This document shows, piece after piece, positions 46,404 through 56,248 of a DNA stretch of 64,000 nt (position 1 is its first letter; the number at the start of each line of letters is the position of its first letter). The notes beneath the pieces are model-generated. The model was not told the origin of the DNA. It was given only the letters and a program-made list of their open reading frames with translations, and made no database searches. The DNA lies in NCBI GenBank assembly GCA_030699685.1, contig JAUYLJ010000027.1:12601-76600 (forward strand). Reading direction: 5' to 3'. The DNA comes from a bacterium. GTDB taxonomy: Bacteria; Patescibacteriota; Patescibacteriia; JAHIZJ01. Made by a program: the position numbers and the translations under genes.

Positions 46404-46865
46404 TCACGCTTGGTGTATTCGTGCCATTTCCACTGCCGTCCAGCCGGCTTCGTATCCTTTGTTGTGTTTCCCGCGCGTCCGGGCGCGGGCGAGCGTCAGG
46501 GTCTGGCAGGTTAATACGCCAAAAATCACCGGCACTTTCGTATCAATTGCCACGCGCTGCAAACCATAACTGACTGATTGGGCTAGATACTGATAGTGGT
46601 CAGTTTTGCCTTTGATCAGCGCGCCCAGGCAAATGATGGCGTCGTATCGATTGTTTTGAGCCAGATGCTGGGCAGCCCAAGGCAGCTCAAACGAACCAGG
46701 CACGGCTATTTGAGTAATCCTGGCCGTCGCCACCCCTGCTTCACCCAGCGCCGTCATCGCGCCTTCACGCAGCGCCTGGGTAATTTCTGAGTTGAACCTG
46801 GCAGTCACCACGGCAAAACGAGAGCGGGGCGGGGCGGTGGTTTTTTTGATCGGCGCTGTTTTCAT
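46404..46865 (-). CDS. ribH: 6,7-dimethyl-8-ribityllumazine synthase
   Basis: ARFN, VPGSFELP, GKTDHY, FGVLT. Confidence 0.95.
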   Translation of the reverse strand: MKTAPIKKTTAPPRSRFAVVTARFNSEITQALREGAMTALGEAGVATARITQIAVPGSFELPWAAQHLAQNNRYDAIICLGALIKGKTDHYQYLAQSVSYGLQRVAIDTKVPVIFGVLTCQTLTLARARTRGKHNKGYEAGWTAVEMARIHQA

Positions 46866-47455
46866 TTTTTTCTTGGTAAGTGTCTCTCTAAATACTTGGC
46901 CATCATGTCAACCTCGATATTGACCCGATCGCCCACCTTCTTGTGCTTCAAGATTGTGTGCTCCAGAGTAAAAGGAATGATGGCTACCTGGAATTTTGTA
47001 GTATCAGGGTTAAGCCCGGTCAAACTAACGCCGTCCAGAGCGATGAAACCTTTGTCAGCCACGTATTTCATCAGGCGCTTCGGTAATTCCACCGTCAATA
47101 TAATATCATGGCCCGTGTCGAATATATCCATAATTGAACCAGTGGCGTCAATATGCCCCTGGACGAGATGACCCCCAAGTTCGTCAAAAGGGCGAACGGC
47201 CGCTTCGAGATTCACTTTATCATCGACAGACAAAGACCGAAAGGTGGTTTTGCTCAGCGTCTCGCGGATCACTTCCACTCGAAATAACCCGGCTGATTTT
47301 TTGACCACGGTCAGGCAGGCCCCGTTGACAGCGACACTGCCGCTTTTTTTCAGCCGGGAAAGAATACGTTTTGCTTTGACATCAACCACCCAAGCGCGCT
47401 GGCGCTTGGTGATCGCTTGGATGGTGCCAATTTCATTAATGATGCCGCTAAACAC
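46862..47455 (-). CDS. ribE: riboflavin synthase
   Basis: MFSGII, SVAVNGACLT, GGHLVQGH, VNIEVD. Confidence 0.95.
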   Translation of the reverse strand: MFSGIINEIGTIQAITKRQRAWVVDVKAKRILSRLKKSGSVAVNGACLTVVKKSAGLFRVEVIRETLSKTTFRSLSVDDKVNLEAAVRPFDELGGHLVQGHIDATGSIMDIFDTGHDIILTVELPKRLMKYVADKGFIALDGVSLTGLNPDTTKFQVAIIPFTLEHTILKHKKVGDRVNIEVDMMAKYLERHLPRKK

Positions 47456-47465
47456 GTTTGTAAGT

Positions 47466-47843
47466 TTATTGATTGTCGCGAAGAATTTTTTTCGCCCTGC
47501 TCACGTCGCGCCGAATTTCCCGAAGCAGTGGTGCTTGTGAACTAAAAGTTTTGATTGGCCGGATTTTTTTAACGATTCGGGCTTCAAGCTGTCTTCCGCG
47601 CGCGTTGCCGGTATAATCCAGGAGGTAGACTTCAATCTTGCGTTTTCTTTTGTCGCGGACAAAGGGCACTCCGATAATCACAATCGCTTGATAACGATTC
47701 TTTCCCAGCTCAGCCCAAGCCGCGTAGACACCGCTCGGCACCGGATGCCGCTGGAAGTATCGGCGGTCTAAATTGGCCGTCGGGTATCCCTGCTGTCCGC
47801 CATAGCCCTCGCCGCGGATCACTCGGCCTTTAACGAGTAGCAC
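47466..47843 (-). CDS. monofunctional riboflavin kinase
   Basis: GYPTAN, GVY, EVYLLD; no FAD synthetase domain. Confidence 0.88.
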   Translation of the reverse strand: MLLVKGRVIRGEGYGGQQGYPTANLDRRYFQRHPVPSGVYAAWAELGKNRYQAIVIIGVPFVRDKRKRKIEVYLLDYTGNARGRQLEARIVKKIRPIKTFSSQAPLLREIRRDVSRAKKILRDNQ

Positions 47844-48615
47844 GGATTTCTTTCAAAAAGCTTTTGTGCATGAGGCCATTGGAACCCAGGAAGTCTCGCG
47901 ACCGCGTATTCCAATCACGGCCGGCAAAGTCCGTCACCCTCCCGCCGGCTTCCCAGATCAAAAGCGCGCCACCGGCCACGTCCCAGATGGGAGGTTGCGG
48001 GAAGATAAATCCGTCCACCCGACCAGCCGCGACATAGGCGCATTCCAAGGAGGCGGATCCCAGTTGGCGGGTAATCTTTCCCCGAAGCTTCATCTGGGAG
48101 TGAATCTTGCTGTATTCCTTGATGGAAGAGCTGGAGTGACCATGGCAGGTCAAAATAAACGATTGTGCTAATTGTTTCGTGGGACGGACTCTAAGTCGCC
48201 GGCCGTTCAGCCAGGCACCCTGACCGCTCTGCGCGACAAACAGCTCCTTAGTCACCGGCGCGTACACAACGGTCAGGACCGGGTAGAGCTCATACATCAG
48301 CGTAATGGAAGTGGAAAAAAGAGGACTCTTGATTTCAAAGTTTGAAGTACCGTCCAAAGGATCCACTACCCAGACATATCCCGCGCGGCTGCCTTCCCGG
48401 CCCGATTCTTCACTGTAGATGCCATGGTCGGGAAACTGCTTCCGGATCGCCGACAAAATAATCTTTTCCGCGCCGATGTCGTATTTGGTGACGATTTCAT
48501 GGCGGTGTTTGTTCGTATAGGCCATCTCACGCTTGTGAAAACCTTCGAGGAGATAGCGGCCTGATTTCCGGGCTAATTGACTGGCAAAATGAATAATTGT
48601 TGAATAGCTGCTCAT
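47830..48615 (-). CDS. inositol monophosphatase family (SuhB-like)
   Basis: SEE, WVVDPLDGTSNF, WDVAGG. Confidence 0.92.
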   Translation of the reverse strand: MSSYSTIIHFASQLARKSGRYLLEGFHKREMAYTNKHRHEIVTKYDIGAEKIILSAIRKQFPDHGIYSEESGREGSRAGYVWVVDPLDGTSNFEIKSPLFSTSITLMYELYPVLTVVYAPVTKELFVAQSGQGAWLNGRRLRVRPTKQLAQSFILTCHGHSSSSIKEYSKIHSQMKLRGKITRQLGSASLECAYVAAGRVDGFIFPQPPIWDVAGGALLIWEAGGRVTDFAGRDWNTRSRDFLGSNGLMHKSFLKEIRATR

Positions 48616-48617
48616 GA

Positions 48618-49310
48618 TTATTGCAACCTATAAGTTCCGTGTATTGTAGTTTTAGATGGATGACACACTGCGTTGGTCGAGATCAGGCATATTTCTTTCA
48701 CAGTTGTTTTTCCAATATCCATTTTTTTCAGCTTTTGAACCTTTTGAAAAAAATCTTTGTTGGGCTTAGCGGGAAAACGACTAATGGTTACGTTTCCAAA
48801 CATTACCTCAGTGTTATGGTATTTTTTGTTGTCAGTAATATTATGTTTGTTCATTTCCTCACGAATATCGAGAATGAGGTCACTCAGAATCTCTTCTGAA
48901 TAAGCGGGGATGGACAAACTTGTCGGTAATTCAAACAATCCCTGAAAATAAAATTCAAATGGATTGTGTCGTAAAGCCACTTTTTGCAAAACTTCTTTCA
49001 TTATTTTTATGTCCCGCTGGGAAAATGCAGGGGGATTGTGTATGGTTCGGACATTTTGAATGGTGACATGGAGAGACTTCGACAGGTAATAATACAGCGA
49101 TGGGTCACACTCCCGTAACGGCTGGATCAGCTTCTGTTTAATGGTGCCGTGCAGAGCAGGAGAAATAAATGAGACCACGGTCAAACAGATTCGATTGTCA
49201 GTGGCATAATCATCAACCATATCCACGATTTCAGAATGGCCTCGATTTTCCTTAAAACTTAACTCAATTTCTTCAATAAGCTGTTTTTGTCGTTTCTGAT
49301 AACGTACCAT
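48618..49310 (-). CDS. 2H phosphoesterase-like protein (AT-rich)
   Basis: LHVTI motif; the second motif is degenerate (GNVTI). Confidence 0.6.
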   Translation of the reverse strand: MVRYQKRQKQLIEEIELSFKENRGHSEIVDMVDDYATDNRICLTVVSFISPALHGTIKQKLIQPLRECDPSLYYYLSKSLHVTIQNVRTIHNPPAFSQRDIKIMKEVLQKVALRHNPFEFYFQGLFELPTSLSIPAYSEEILSDLILDIREEMNKHNITDNKKYHNTEVMFGNVTISRFPAKPNKDFFQKVQKLKKMDIGKTTVKEICLISTNAVCHPSKTTIHGTYRLQ

Positions 49311-49312
49311 GT

Positions 49313-49966
49313 CTATAATTCAATCTCCTCTTGATCGGCCATAATCTTGTAAGGAACATTTACGTTTTGAAGCGCCCGTCTCATCACGCTCGTGTCTCTC
49401 AAAAATCTTTCGTTATGATAATGAATCGGGATAACCAGTTTGGGCTGGAGCCGAAGCGCATAGGCCGCCGCTTGGTTGGGAGAAAAAGTGACCGTGTCGC
49501 ACATCGGTAACAACAATACCTCAGCCTGAACCTGGGGATCGATATAAACTGTGTCGCCCGGATGGAGAATGGTATTATCAATCAAGAAACCAATCACTTC
49601 GGGCGGTAAATCACCGTTTGGCAAAGGTCCGTGCAATGACTGCACCCCGCGAATGGAACATCCGGCCACTGATCGTTCCTCGCCTGGCAAAAGCACGTCT
49701 GCGTCAATCCCAAGCTTCTCCTTCAACATTTTTTGAACGGGGGCGTTGGTTAACACAATCGGCGTATTACGTTCAACAATCGTACGGACGGCCTCAGGAT
49801 CAGCGTGATCTTCATGCTCATGCGTCAGTAATAGCACGTCGATTCCTTCCCAAGTGTCTGGAGTCAGGTTTGTATGTTCATACACAAAATATCCAGGATC
49901 AATCAAGATCCGTTTTTCTTTCGTCTCAATCAAGACGCAGGCTTGTGGATATTTGATGAGTTTCAC
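49313..49966 (-). CDS. metallo-beta-lactamase-fold hydrolase
   Basis: IDP, THEHEDH, HPGDT, PIHY. Confidence 0.9.
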   Translation of the reverse strand: MKLIKYPQACVLIETKEKRILIDPGYFVYEHTNLTPDTWEGIDVLLLTHEHEDHADPEAVRTIVERNTPIVLTNAPVQKMLKEKLGIDADVLLPGEERSVAGCSIRGVQSLHGPLPNGDLPPEVIGFLIDNTILHPGDTVYIDPQVQAEVLLLPMCDTVTFSPNQAAAYALRLQPKLVIPIHYHNERFLRDTSVMRRALQNVNVPYKIMADQEEIEL

Positions 49967-51294
49967 TAGCGAGGCGATAAAAGCTCTACACGATTATCAT
50001 CAATCTTGTCGACCGTGGCGGAGCGCATGTGTTTCATTTGTCTCAACACTGCTCCAACTAGGTACAGCGAACCGGTCACCAGTATCATATCATTTTTTCC
50101 CGCTGCTGTCTTGGCTTTTTTTAGCGCCGCAGCAATGGATGAAGTGACGTAGGCAGCCGTATGTATGCGCCGCAATATCTTTGGATCAACCATGCCGTGC
50201 AAGTGCGTTTCGGGAAAAATAATCAAACGGCAACGGGTAGCCAACCGCCGGATAATTGGCCGGTACTCTTTCCGCTCTTTCGCGGCGTAGATAATAATCA
50301 GTCGTTTGTTGTTGACGCGTAAATCGTCAAGCGTGCGGATAAGCCTGGCAATAGCCGGCAGATTGTGCGCCCCATCAAGGACAGTCAATGGCGAGCGGGG
50401 AACGATGGTGAAGCGGCCGGGAAATTGAACCGCTCTAAAACTGCGCAGGATAGCCTCCGCCGGAATCTGCGCTATCTCCCTTAGCATTCCAAAGGCCAGG
50501 GCAGCGTTGCGGGGCTGCTGTCTGCCAACCAGCGGAATAAAAGCCTGATACCGCCGCGATTCGTCGTCAATGCGAAAACTTGTTCCTTCTAAGGAAACGT
50601 TCAGGTGTTGTGTTCTGGGAAAAGGTATCAGCCGCGCACCAACTTGCAGGCAACGCGATCGAATCATTTTCTGGGCCATGCCTGAGTTGCTGCTTATTAC
50701 CACTGAACGGGCTTGTATTATCCCGGCTTTCTCTCCAGCGATTTTTTTGATTGTCGACCCGAGTATATGCGCGTGATCTCGGCCAATATCAGTAATCACC
50801 TTATAACGCAAACCAAGGGCGGTGGTCGCGTCCAAACGACCCCCTAACCCCACTTCAAATACCGCCCAGTCAACCTTTTCCTCGGCAAAATACAGCGCCG
50901 CCACTGCCGTCAGCACTTCAAACCAGGTCGGCCGGTCATGAATTCGCCTTTCTGCCTCTCCCACCTTCTGCGAAACCCTGGTCACCAGTTCTGCCAGGCG
51001 AGTCTGGCTGACTTCCCGTCCATTGATACGAAAACGCTCCGTGTACGAAACAAGATGAGGGGATAGAAACGCGCCCACGCGATATCCGGCGCCACGCAAA
51101 CCCGCCTCCAGCAACATGACTGTCGAGCCCTTGCCGTTGGTTCCCGCCACTTGGAAGCCTTTCAAGCGCCGTTCGGGCGATCCGAGTAAACGCAGCAATA
51201 GCTCAACCCGCTTTAAACTTAAATACTCGGCAACAGCCTGCCGGGGAAAAGCCTGCAACCATTCCACATAGTGGTCAAGTTCCCTATAGCGCAT
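49966..51294 (-). CDS. folC: folylpolyglutamate synthase/dihydrofolate synthase
   Basis: GTNGKGS, SPHL, EVGLGGRLDAT, DGAHN, TGSLY. Confidence 0.95.
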   Translation of the reverse strand: MRYRELDHYVEWLQAFPRQAVAEYLSLKRVELLLRLLGSPERRLKGFQVAGTNGKGSTVMLLEAGLRGAGYRVGAFLSPHLVSYTERFRINGREVSQTRLAELVTRVSQKVGEAERRIHDRPTWFEVLTAVAALYFAEEKVDWAVFEVGLGGRLDATTALGLRYKVITDIGRDHAHILGSTIKKIAGEKAGIIQARSVVISSNSGMAQKMIRSRCLQVGARLIPFPRTQHLNVSLEGTSFRIDDESRRYQAFIPLVGRQQPRNAALAFGMLREIAQIPAEAILRSFRAVQFPGRFTIVPRSPLTVLDGAHNLPAIARLIRTLDDLRVNNKRLIIIYAAKERKEYRPIIRRLATRCRLIIFPETHLHGMVDPKILRRIHTAAYVTSSIAAALKKAKTAAGKNDMILVTGSLYLVGAVLRQMKHMRSATVDKIDDNRVELLSPR

Positions 51295-51314
51295 GGAGCG
51301 CGGGATTATGAATG

Positions 51315-52598
51315 TTACTTCTCGCTCCGGTCAGCCAAGAATTCAAAAACTTTGCGATTCAAAAGGATCTCCTCAAGACGGTCGCGATATTCCGGCGCAT
51401 CGACTTTGTTATACGTTTCCAGATCGTCTTTATACTGTTCTTTCTGTTTTTCCAGTTCGGAATCAATATCGTCCGAACTGACGATGAGATGTTCTTTGAG
51501 CCGGATCGCCCTAAGCACCAGCGCGCTCTTGATGCGCTTTGAGGCCTGATCGCGGAAATCTTTTTTCACTTCGTCTTCGCTCTTCTTCAACTGTTCCAGA
51601 TACTTCTCCCATTCCATGCCCTGTCGCTGGATGTTACCGCGCAGTTCATCAATCATGCGATTGAGCTCTGAATCGACCAGTACGTCGGGGATTTCTCCAA
51701 ACCTTGACGATTCAACAATTTCGTTCAACATTTCAAGTTCGAAGCGCTGATTTTCTCTTTCGCGCGCTTCCAGCTCAAGATTGTCTGCAATCCGTTTCTC
51801 CAAATCCTGCCTGGTTTTGAACGAACCCAGAGACTGGAGAAAGTCTCCGTCGACGGGAGGTAATTCAATCTGAAACACTGAGTTGCATTTTACCGCGCAG
51901 TCAACTTTTTTGCCGGCTAGATTCTTGCGAAAATAATTCTTGGGATACGTTAGCGGAAACTTTTTTTCTTCGCCCGTTTTCAGGCCAACAAGCTGGTCTT
52001 CGAGTCCTGGGACAAAATTGCCTTCACCGAGTACCATCGGGTGATTCTTCGTAATTCCGTCATCAACGGGAACATTGTCGAGAGAGATTTTCACGTCTAC
52101 CTCAACTTTATCGCCTTTTTGTGCCGGACGGTCCACTCGGGACTCCTTAGCCCGCATTTTCTGCAGCTGCAAAATAGTGTTGGAGATTTCTGATTCGTCG
52201 ATCTTGATTTCCTTGCGCTTGGCTTTGAGTGTGGAATAGTCTCCCAAAGTAATTTCAGGAAGTAAGGAGACCGTCGCGGTATAGATAAAAGGATTGCCCG
52301 GCGCCACTTTTGCCAAGTCAATTTGCGGTCGGCCGATCGCTTCCAGTTTCTGTTCCAATACCGCCTTGGGATAGGTTTCGCTTACGATATCCTCAGCCGC
52401 CTCCTGATAGAGCGCGGGTTCGCCAATACGTTGAACTACCACCGCGTAGGGAGCTTTCCCTTGGCGAAACCCCGGGATATTCATCCCTTCCGACAGGCGC
52501 GCGGCGGTTTTTTGCAAATATGGCTGCAATTCTTCAACCGGTATTTCTATCGTCAGCTTGACCATGGAGTTTGATTGCTTCTCTACGTTGACATTCAT
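51315..52598 (-). CDS. tig: trigger factor
   Basis: IPGFRQGKAP signature and FKBP domain. Confidence 0.95.
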   Translation of the reverse strand: MNVNVEKQSNSMVKLTIEIPVEELQPYLQKTAARLSEGMNIPGFRQGKAPYAVVVQRIGEPALYQEAAEDIVSETYPKAVLEQKLEAIGRPQIDLAKVAPGNPFIYTATVSLLPEITLGDYSTLKAKRKEIKIDESEISNTILQLQKMRAKESRVDRPAQKGDKVEVDVKISLDNVPVDDGITKNHPMVLGEGNFVPGLEDQLVGLKTGEEKKFPLTYPKNYFRKNLAGKKVDCAVKCNSVFQIELPPVDGDFLQSLGSFKTRQDLEKRIADNLELEARERENQRFELEMLNEIVESSRFGEIPDVLVDSELNRMIDELRGNIQRQGMEWEKYLEQLKKSEDEVKKDFRDQASKRIKSALVLRAIRLKEHLIVSSDDIDSELEKQKEQYKDDLETYNKVDAPEYRDRLEEILLNRKVFEFLADRSEK

Positions 52599-52617
52599 GA
52601 TTTTTCCAATACAAAAT

Positions 52618-52646
52618 TTGACTTCTTAACAAGATCACGCTAAGCT
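52618..52646 (+). promoter_or_regulatory. promoter of the riboswitch-ORF unit
   Basis: TTGACT-17-TAAGCT. Confidence 0.6.
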
Positions 52647-52671
52647 TATCCCATCATTCACAATCTGGCAA

Positions 52672-52828
52672 GTTATACAGAGCGAATCATGCCACGGCAT
52701 GATTTGACCGGATTCTCAATGAGTCCGGAGGCACGAGGGATCTGGCCCTATGACTGCCCGGCAACCTGTTCTGACCTCAAGTCGGGATAAGGTGCTTCAT
52801 CCAGCCCGAATGATTCGGGGAAGATGAC
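52672..52828 (+). ncRNA. SAM-I (S-box)-like riboswitch aptamer with a 46-nt insertion
   Basis: GTTATaCAGAG..GAGGGATCTGGCCC-TATGA..GGCAACC..GGTGC..TCC..GGAAGATGAC. Confidence 0.8.
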
Positions 52829-52846
52829 GATGCTTGACGCAAACGG

Positions 52847-52871
52847 CTTTCCTCGATGAGGAAGGTTTTTT
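52847..52871 (+). terminator. riboswitch expression-platform terminator
   Basis: CTTTCCTC-GAT-GAGGAAGG-TTTTTT. Confidence 0.75.
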
Positions 52872-52890
52872 GGTTCATTGGGAGGAAACT

Positions 52891-53085
52891 ATGAATGCCG
52901 TAGACTACGACTTTGATTGCGCAGTCAAACCCTGTGAGCAGAAGCTGCGCCACGATGATCCCAAGTGGCAGCCGAATGTCTGCGTCGGCCGAGGACACTG
53001 CCCGTGGTTCTCCTGCTGCAATTTGCAGCACAAGAACCCGCCATTACAACCCACGAGGCCGAAACGCGGCCGCATGTGTGTCTGA
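52891..53085 (+). CDS. 64-aa orphan Cys-rich protein downstream of the riboswitch
   Basis: GGAGG SD, 7 Cys, followed by a terminator. Confidence 0.65.
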   Translation: MNAVDYDFDCAVKPCEQKLRHDDPKWQPNVCVGRGHCPWFSCCNLQHKNPPLQPTRPKRGRMCV

Positions 53086-53101
53086 AGAAGGCCTATGAGC
53101 T

Positions 53102-53130
53102 AAGGAAGCGGTAACGCTTCCTTTTTGTTT
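53102..53130. terminator. intrinsic terminator
   Basis: AAGGAAGCG-GTAA-CGCTTCCTT-TTTGTTTT. Confidence 0.8.
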
Positions 53131-54119
53131 TACTGTTTGCTTTGAACCAGGCTTCGAACATCCGCGGTCTCATGATCATACTCATCCTCTATTTCCTGAC
53201 GCAGGATTTCTTCGATGATGTCTTCCAGAGTGACGATGCCAAGCAGTACGTTTTTTTCATTATAGACAAAAGCCTGATGCATCCGTTCCTTAACCAGCCG
53301 ATTGAGCAGTTGATCGAGTTTTTGTGCCGGGTCAATTTTGAAAATTTTCTTTTGCTGAAACACCTCGGCTAATTTTGTCCCAGGAGCAAGGCCGATAAGC
53401 TGTTTCGTATAGAGTATACCGACGATGACATCGAGGGTAAGGGCATAGACTGGTATTCTGGTAAAACCGTTTTGTTGTATCATCGTAAAAATTTTTGTAT
53501 CCAAAACTGTCTTAAGCTCAAGAGCAAAAACCTTTTCTCTTGGCGTCATCACCTGTCCAGCCTGAGCTTCGGAAAAATTCAGCGCCCCTTTGATAATTCG
53601 TTCCTCATCTTCGTCCAACGGGCTCCCAGGATGATCTTCGTGAAAGGCAACAATCTGCTCCAGTTCCTGCTTTGACCACACTATCGGAAGTTCCTCCCCA
53701 AGCGTTATGTCTAGCAGCTTGGCCATGGGCCATACTATCGGGAAAAATATAAATTGAAAAACTTTTACCACCCACACAGTCTTCGCACCGACCGTCAAAG
53801 CGTATCGTGAAATTGCCGCCATTGGTATGACCTCGCCGAAGACGACGATCAGACCGGTGGAAATCAAACTAGCCACCACCCCTGTCGCGATGGAACCAAG
53901 AAAGACTGCCAGCACGGAATTCACGGCTACGTTTCCTAGCAACAAGGTCGTCAGCAAGAGGCTGCCGTTTCTTCTCACTTGGTAGATTTTTATCGCTCGT
54001 TGGTCTCCCAAAGCGATTTTGCGTTCGAGCTCCGTCTTGCTCAAACTCAGCAGACCAAGAGTAAGACCCGAAAACAGCCCGGAGAGCAACACCAGCCCGA
54101 GAACAATAGCGATAGTCAT
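53130..54119 (-). CDS. CNNM (DUF21)-CBS domain membrane protein
   Basis: SGLFSGLTLG, LLLGNVAVN, FGEVIP, VMTPR, TRIPVY, GIVTLEDIIEE. Confidence 0.92.
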   Translation of the reverse strand: MTIAIVLGLVLLSGLFSGLTLGLLSLSKTELERKIALGDQRAIKIYQVRRNGSLLLTTLLLGNVAVNSVLAVFLGSIATGVVASLISTGLIVVFGEVIPMAAISRYALTVGAKTVWVVKVFQFIFFPIVWPMAKLLDITLGEELPIVWSKQELEQIVAFHEDHPGSPLDEDEERIIKGALNFSEAQAGQVMTPREKVFALELKTVLDTKIFTMIQQNGFTRIPVYALTLDVIVGILYTKQLIGLAPGTKLAEVFQQKKIFKIDPAQKLDQLLNRLVKERMHQAFVYNEKNVLLGIVTLEDIIEEILRQEIEDEYDHETADVRSLVQSKQ

Positions 54120-54121
54120 GG

Positions 54122-54739
54122 TTATTCGGGAGGATACAATGAAGGCAAAGCGCCCTTAGTCAATCTGGCATACTGGCCATCGCTGGCGCGCGCAATAAAC
54201 AATTCGCCTCGATCTTCCACTAATAAATAGCGGCTGTCAGGCAACCAATATATCCTCTCTGGCCGATAAAACCACAAATACGGCCACACCAGTCCGTCTA
54301 TCAACGTGGAGTTTGTCTCCTCCTCAGTAATATGGAACTCGCGCTGTCCCATCCAGTCCCGAGAAACCGTGACGTTCATTTCTCCGTCCGGCGATAGGCC
54401 GCTTCCGACATACTCATCCATGGATCGCAATACCCCGGACATGTTCTGGCTTTGCTGATGAGCCCACTCACTCGTCGGCATGGACTGAATTTCTTCCAAA
54501 CCCGTACCGTCCGTATAGATGCCGGAAATAATCACCTCATTTCCGTTTTCTGATGAAACAAAAAACACTTTGAACGGACTGTTTTTCCAATCAAAAGCGT
54601 CAATACTGGCGGTCGTCAGATCATACTGACTGGCCCAAAACAACCCAACGCCTAACAAGACGACAGCCAGCGCCAGAATAAAAACGAAAATAAAAAGCAC
54701 CGGATGCTGGCGACGGCGGTAATGAAACGCTTCAATCAT
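54122..54739 (-). CDS. membrane-anchored protein with TolB/WD40-like repeats
   Basis: N-terminal TM; LSPDG, WLPDSRYL. Confidence 0.6.
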   Translation of the reverse strand: MIEAFHYRRRQHPVLFIFVFILALAVVLLGVGLFWASQYDLTTASIDAFDWKNSPFKVFFVSSENGNEVIISGIYTDGTGLEEIQSMPTSEWAHQQSQNMSGVLRSMDEYVGSGLSPDGEMNVTVSRDWMGQREFHITEEETNSTLIDGLVWPYLWFYRPERIYWLPDSRYLLVEDRGELFIARASDGQYARLTKGALPSLYPPE

Positions 54740-54790
54740 ACCAGGCAGTATACTGTGAAATGCACAACTCGTAAATGTCCTAGCGTATTT

Positions 54791-56248
54791 CTAGTCAATC
54801 GGGCGCTCGTCCACGATTCGTTTGTCTTTCAACTCGGTCTCCATGCCGACCTTCTTCAGCAGGGCTTCAAGTTCGCCCTGTACTATTTTCACGCCGACAC
54901 CCACGTCTCCATAAACAGCGCGCTCCAAACGATCTTTGAGCGCCGCAAATTCCACCCCCGGTTTCGGGGCGATTTCCAGCACCAGTTCATCCAGACCGTG
55001 GGGATCATTATCTTTTTTTCGGATTGTCACCTGCCATTCATCCACTTCTTTCACCCCTGACAGCAGGGGATAAAAGTTGTTCATGTTTACCAGCTCGCCT
55101 TTCACCTTGGTCAAATGAAATTCCTTGATCTCCGATTTGCGCTGGATGTCGGGCCGGATCTGCGGCACGGTATTGCCACAACGCGGACACGGTTCAAATT
55201 CTATCCCTTTGCAGGTATCACCGGTTCGGTAGCGCACTACCACGGAGCCTCGCCAACCTAAAGAGGTGAACACGAGCTCTCCTGATTCACCTTCTTTGAC
55301 TCGATTTCCATCTTTATCAATTACTTCGAAGTACTCCAAATCCGGGTACAAGTGGTAGCCAGAATCCTCCGCGCACTGGATCCAGGCGGTTTTACCTTCA
55401 GTCATCGCATAGGTGGCATAAATCTTTGGATCGGTCGCGCCCATCTTCACCAGCAGTTCGCGTACCTTGTCCCGCAATCCCTGGCTGACACGCTCGCCGC
55501 CAAAGACAACGTGCTTCACCTGTGAGAAATCCCGATTTTGCTCGGCCGCGGCGCGCAGCACATGATAGCAATATCCGGGGATGAAGGTTAGCAAACCGGC
55601 TTTCAGCCGCTCAATCGCGTCGATGATCTTCTGAGTGCCCATTACTTTACCGCCGCCGGTCTGCAAGGAAGTCATACCAAGTTTTACCAAAGCGTTATAC
55701 GCCAACCAGAAGGCGAGATGCGGCGAATAGGGGAAACCATTGACCGCCAGCAAGTCTCTGGACACCTTAATCACGTTAAACATCCGTTCACCACTCTCTT
55801 TCAAAAGTTCCACATCGCGTTCCGAGTACGCGAACGGGGTGGGCAGAGCTGTCCGGCCCGTGGTGAAGTGCATGTGCACCGGTTTGAATTCCCGTTCCAG
55901 TTGCCGTTTGACGTCCTGGTGGGTGAGCTTGCCCCAGAGTATCTTGGCCAGCTGCGATTTCGGCGCATGGCGCTTGATCAGTTCTTCATCGGGCTGAAGA
56001 ATGAATTTCCGCGGTCTGGCGCGATCTTCTTCCGTCGGCGCAATATCATTCTTGCTGGTAAACGGGATCCTTTGCAGGTCTTCGAGGGTTTGAATATCCG
56101 AAAACTCTATTTTTTCTTTATGAAACATCTCCCGGTAATATGGGCTGTACGGAAGCAAGTGACGGACAAATTTTCGCAGGTTCGAGTTTTGCAAAGCGCG
56201 CAGCTCATCGGCTGGCATCCGCGAAAGTTTATTCCATGGAGTTGGCAT
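54791..56248 (-). CDS. adenylate-forming enzyme, phenylacetate-CoA ligase (PaaK) family
   Basis: SPYYR, IPFTSK, GGE, YAMTE, RYRTGD; divergent P-loop FTTGRTALP. Confidence 0.85.
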   Translation of the reverse strand: MPTPWNKLSRMPADELRALQNSNLRKFVRHLLPYSPYYREMFHKEKIEFSDIQTLEDLQRIPFTSKNDIAPTEEDRARPRKFILQPDEELIKRHAPKSQLAKILWGKLTHQDVKRQLEREFKPVHMHFTTGRTALPTPFAYSERDVELLKESGERMFNVIKVSRDLLAVNGFPYSPHLAFWLAYNALVKLGMTSLQTGGGKVMGTQKIIDAIERLKAGLLTFIPGYCYHVLRAAAEQNRDFSQVKHVVFGGERVSQGLRDKVRELLVKMGATDPKIYATYAMTEGKTAWIQCAEDSGYHLYPDLEYFEVIDKDGNRVKEGESGELVFTSLGWRGSVVVRYRTGDTCKGIEFEPCPRCGNTVPQIRPDIQRKSEIKEFHLTKVKGELVNMNNFYPLLSGVKEVDEWQVTIRKKDNDPHGLDELVLEIAPKPGVEFAALKDRLERAVYGDVGVGVKIVQGELEALLKKVGMETELKDKRIVDERPID

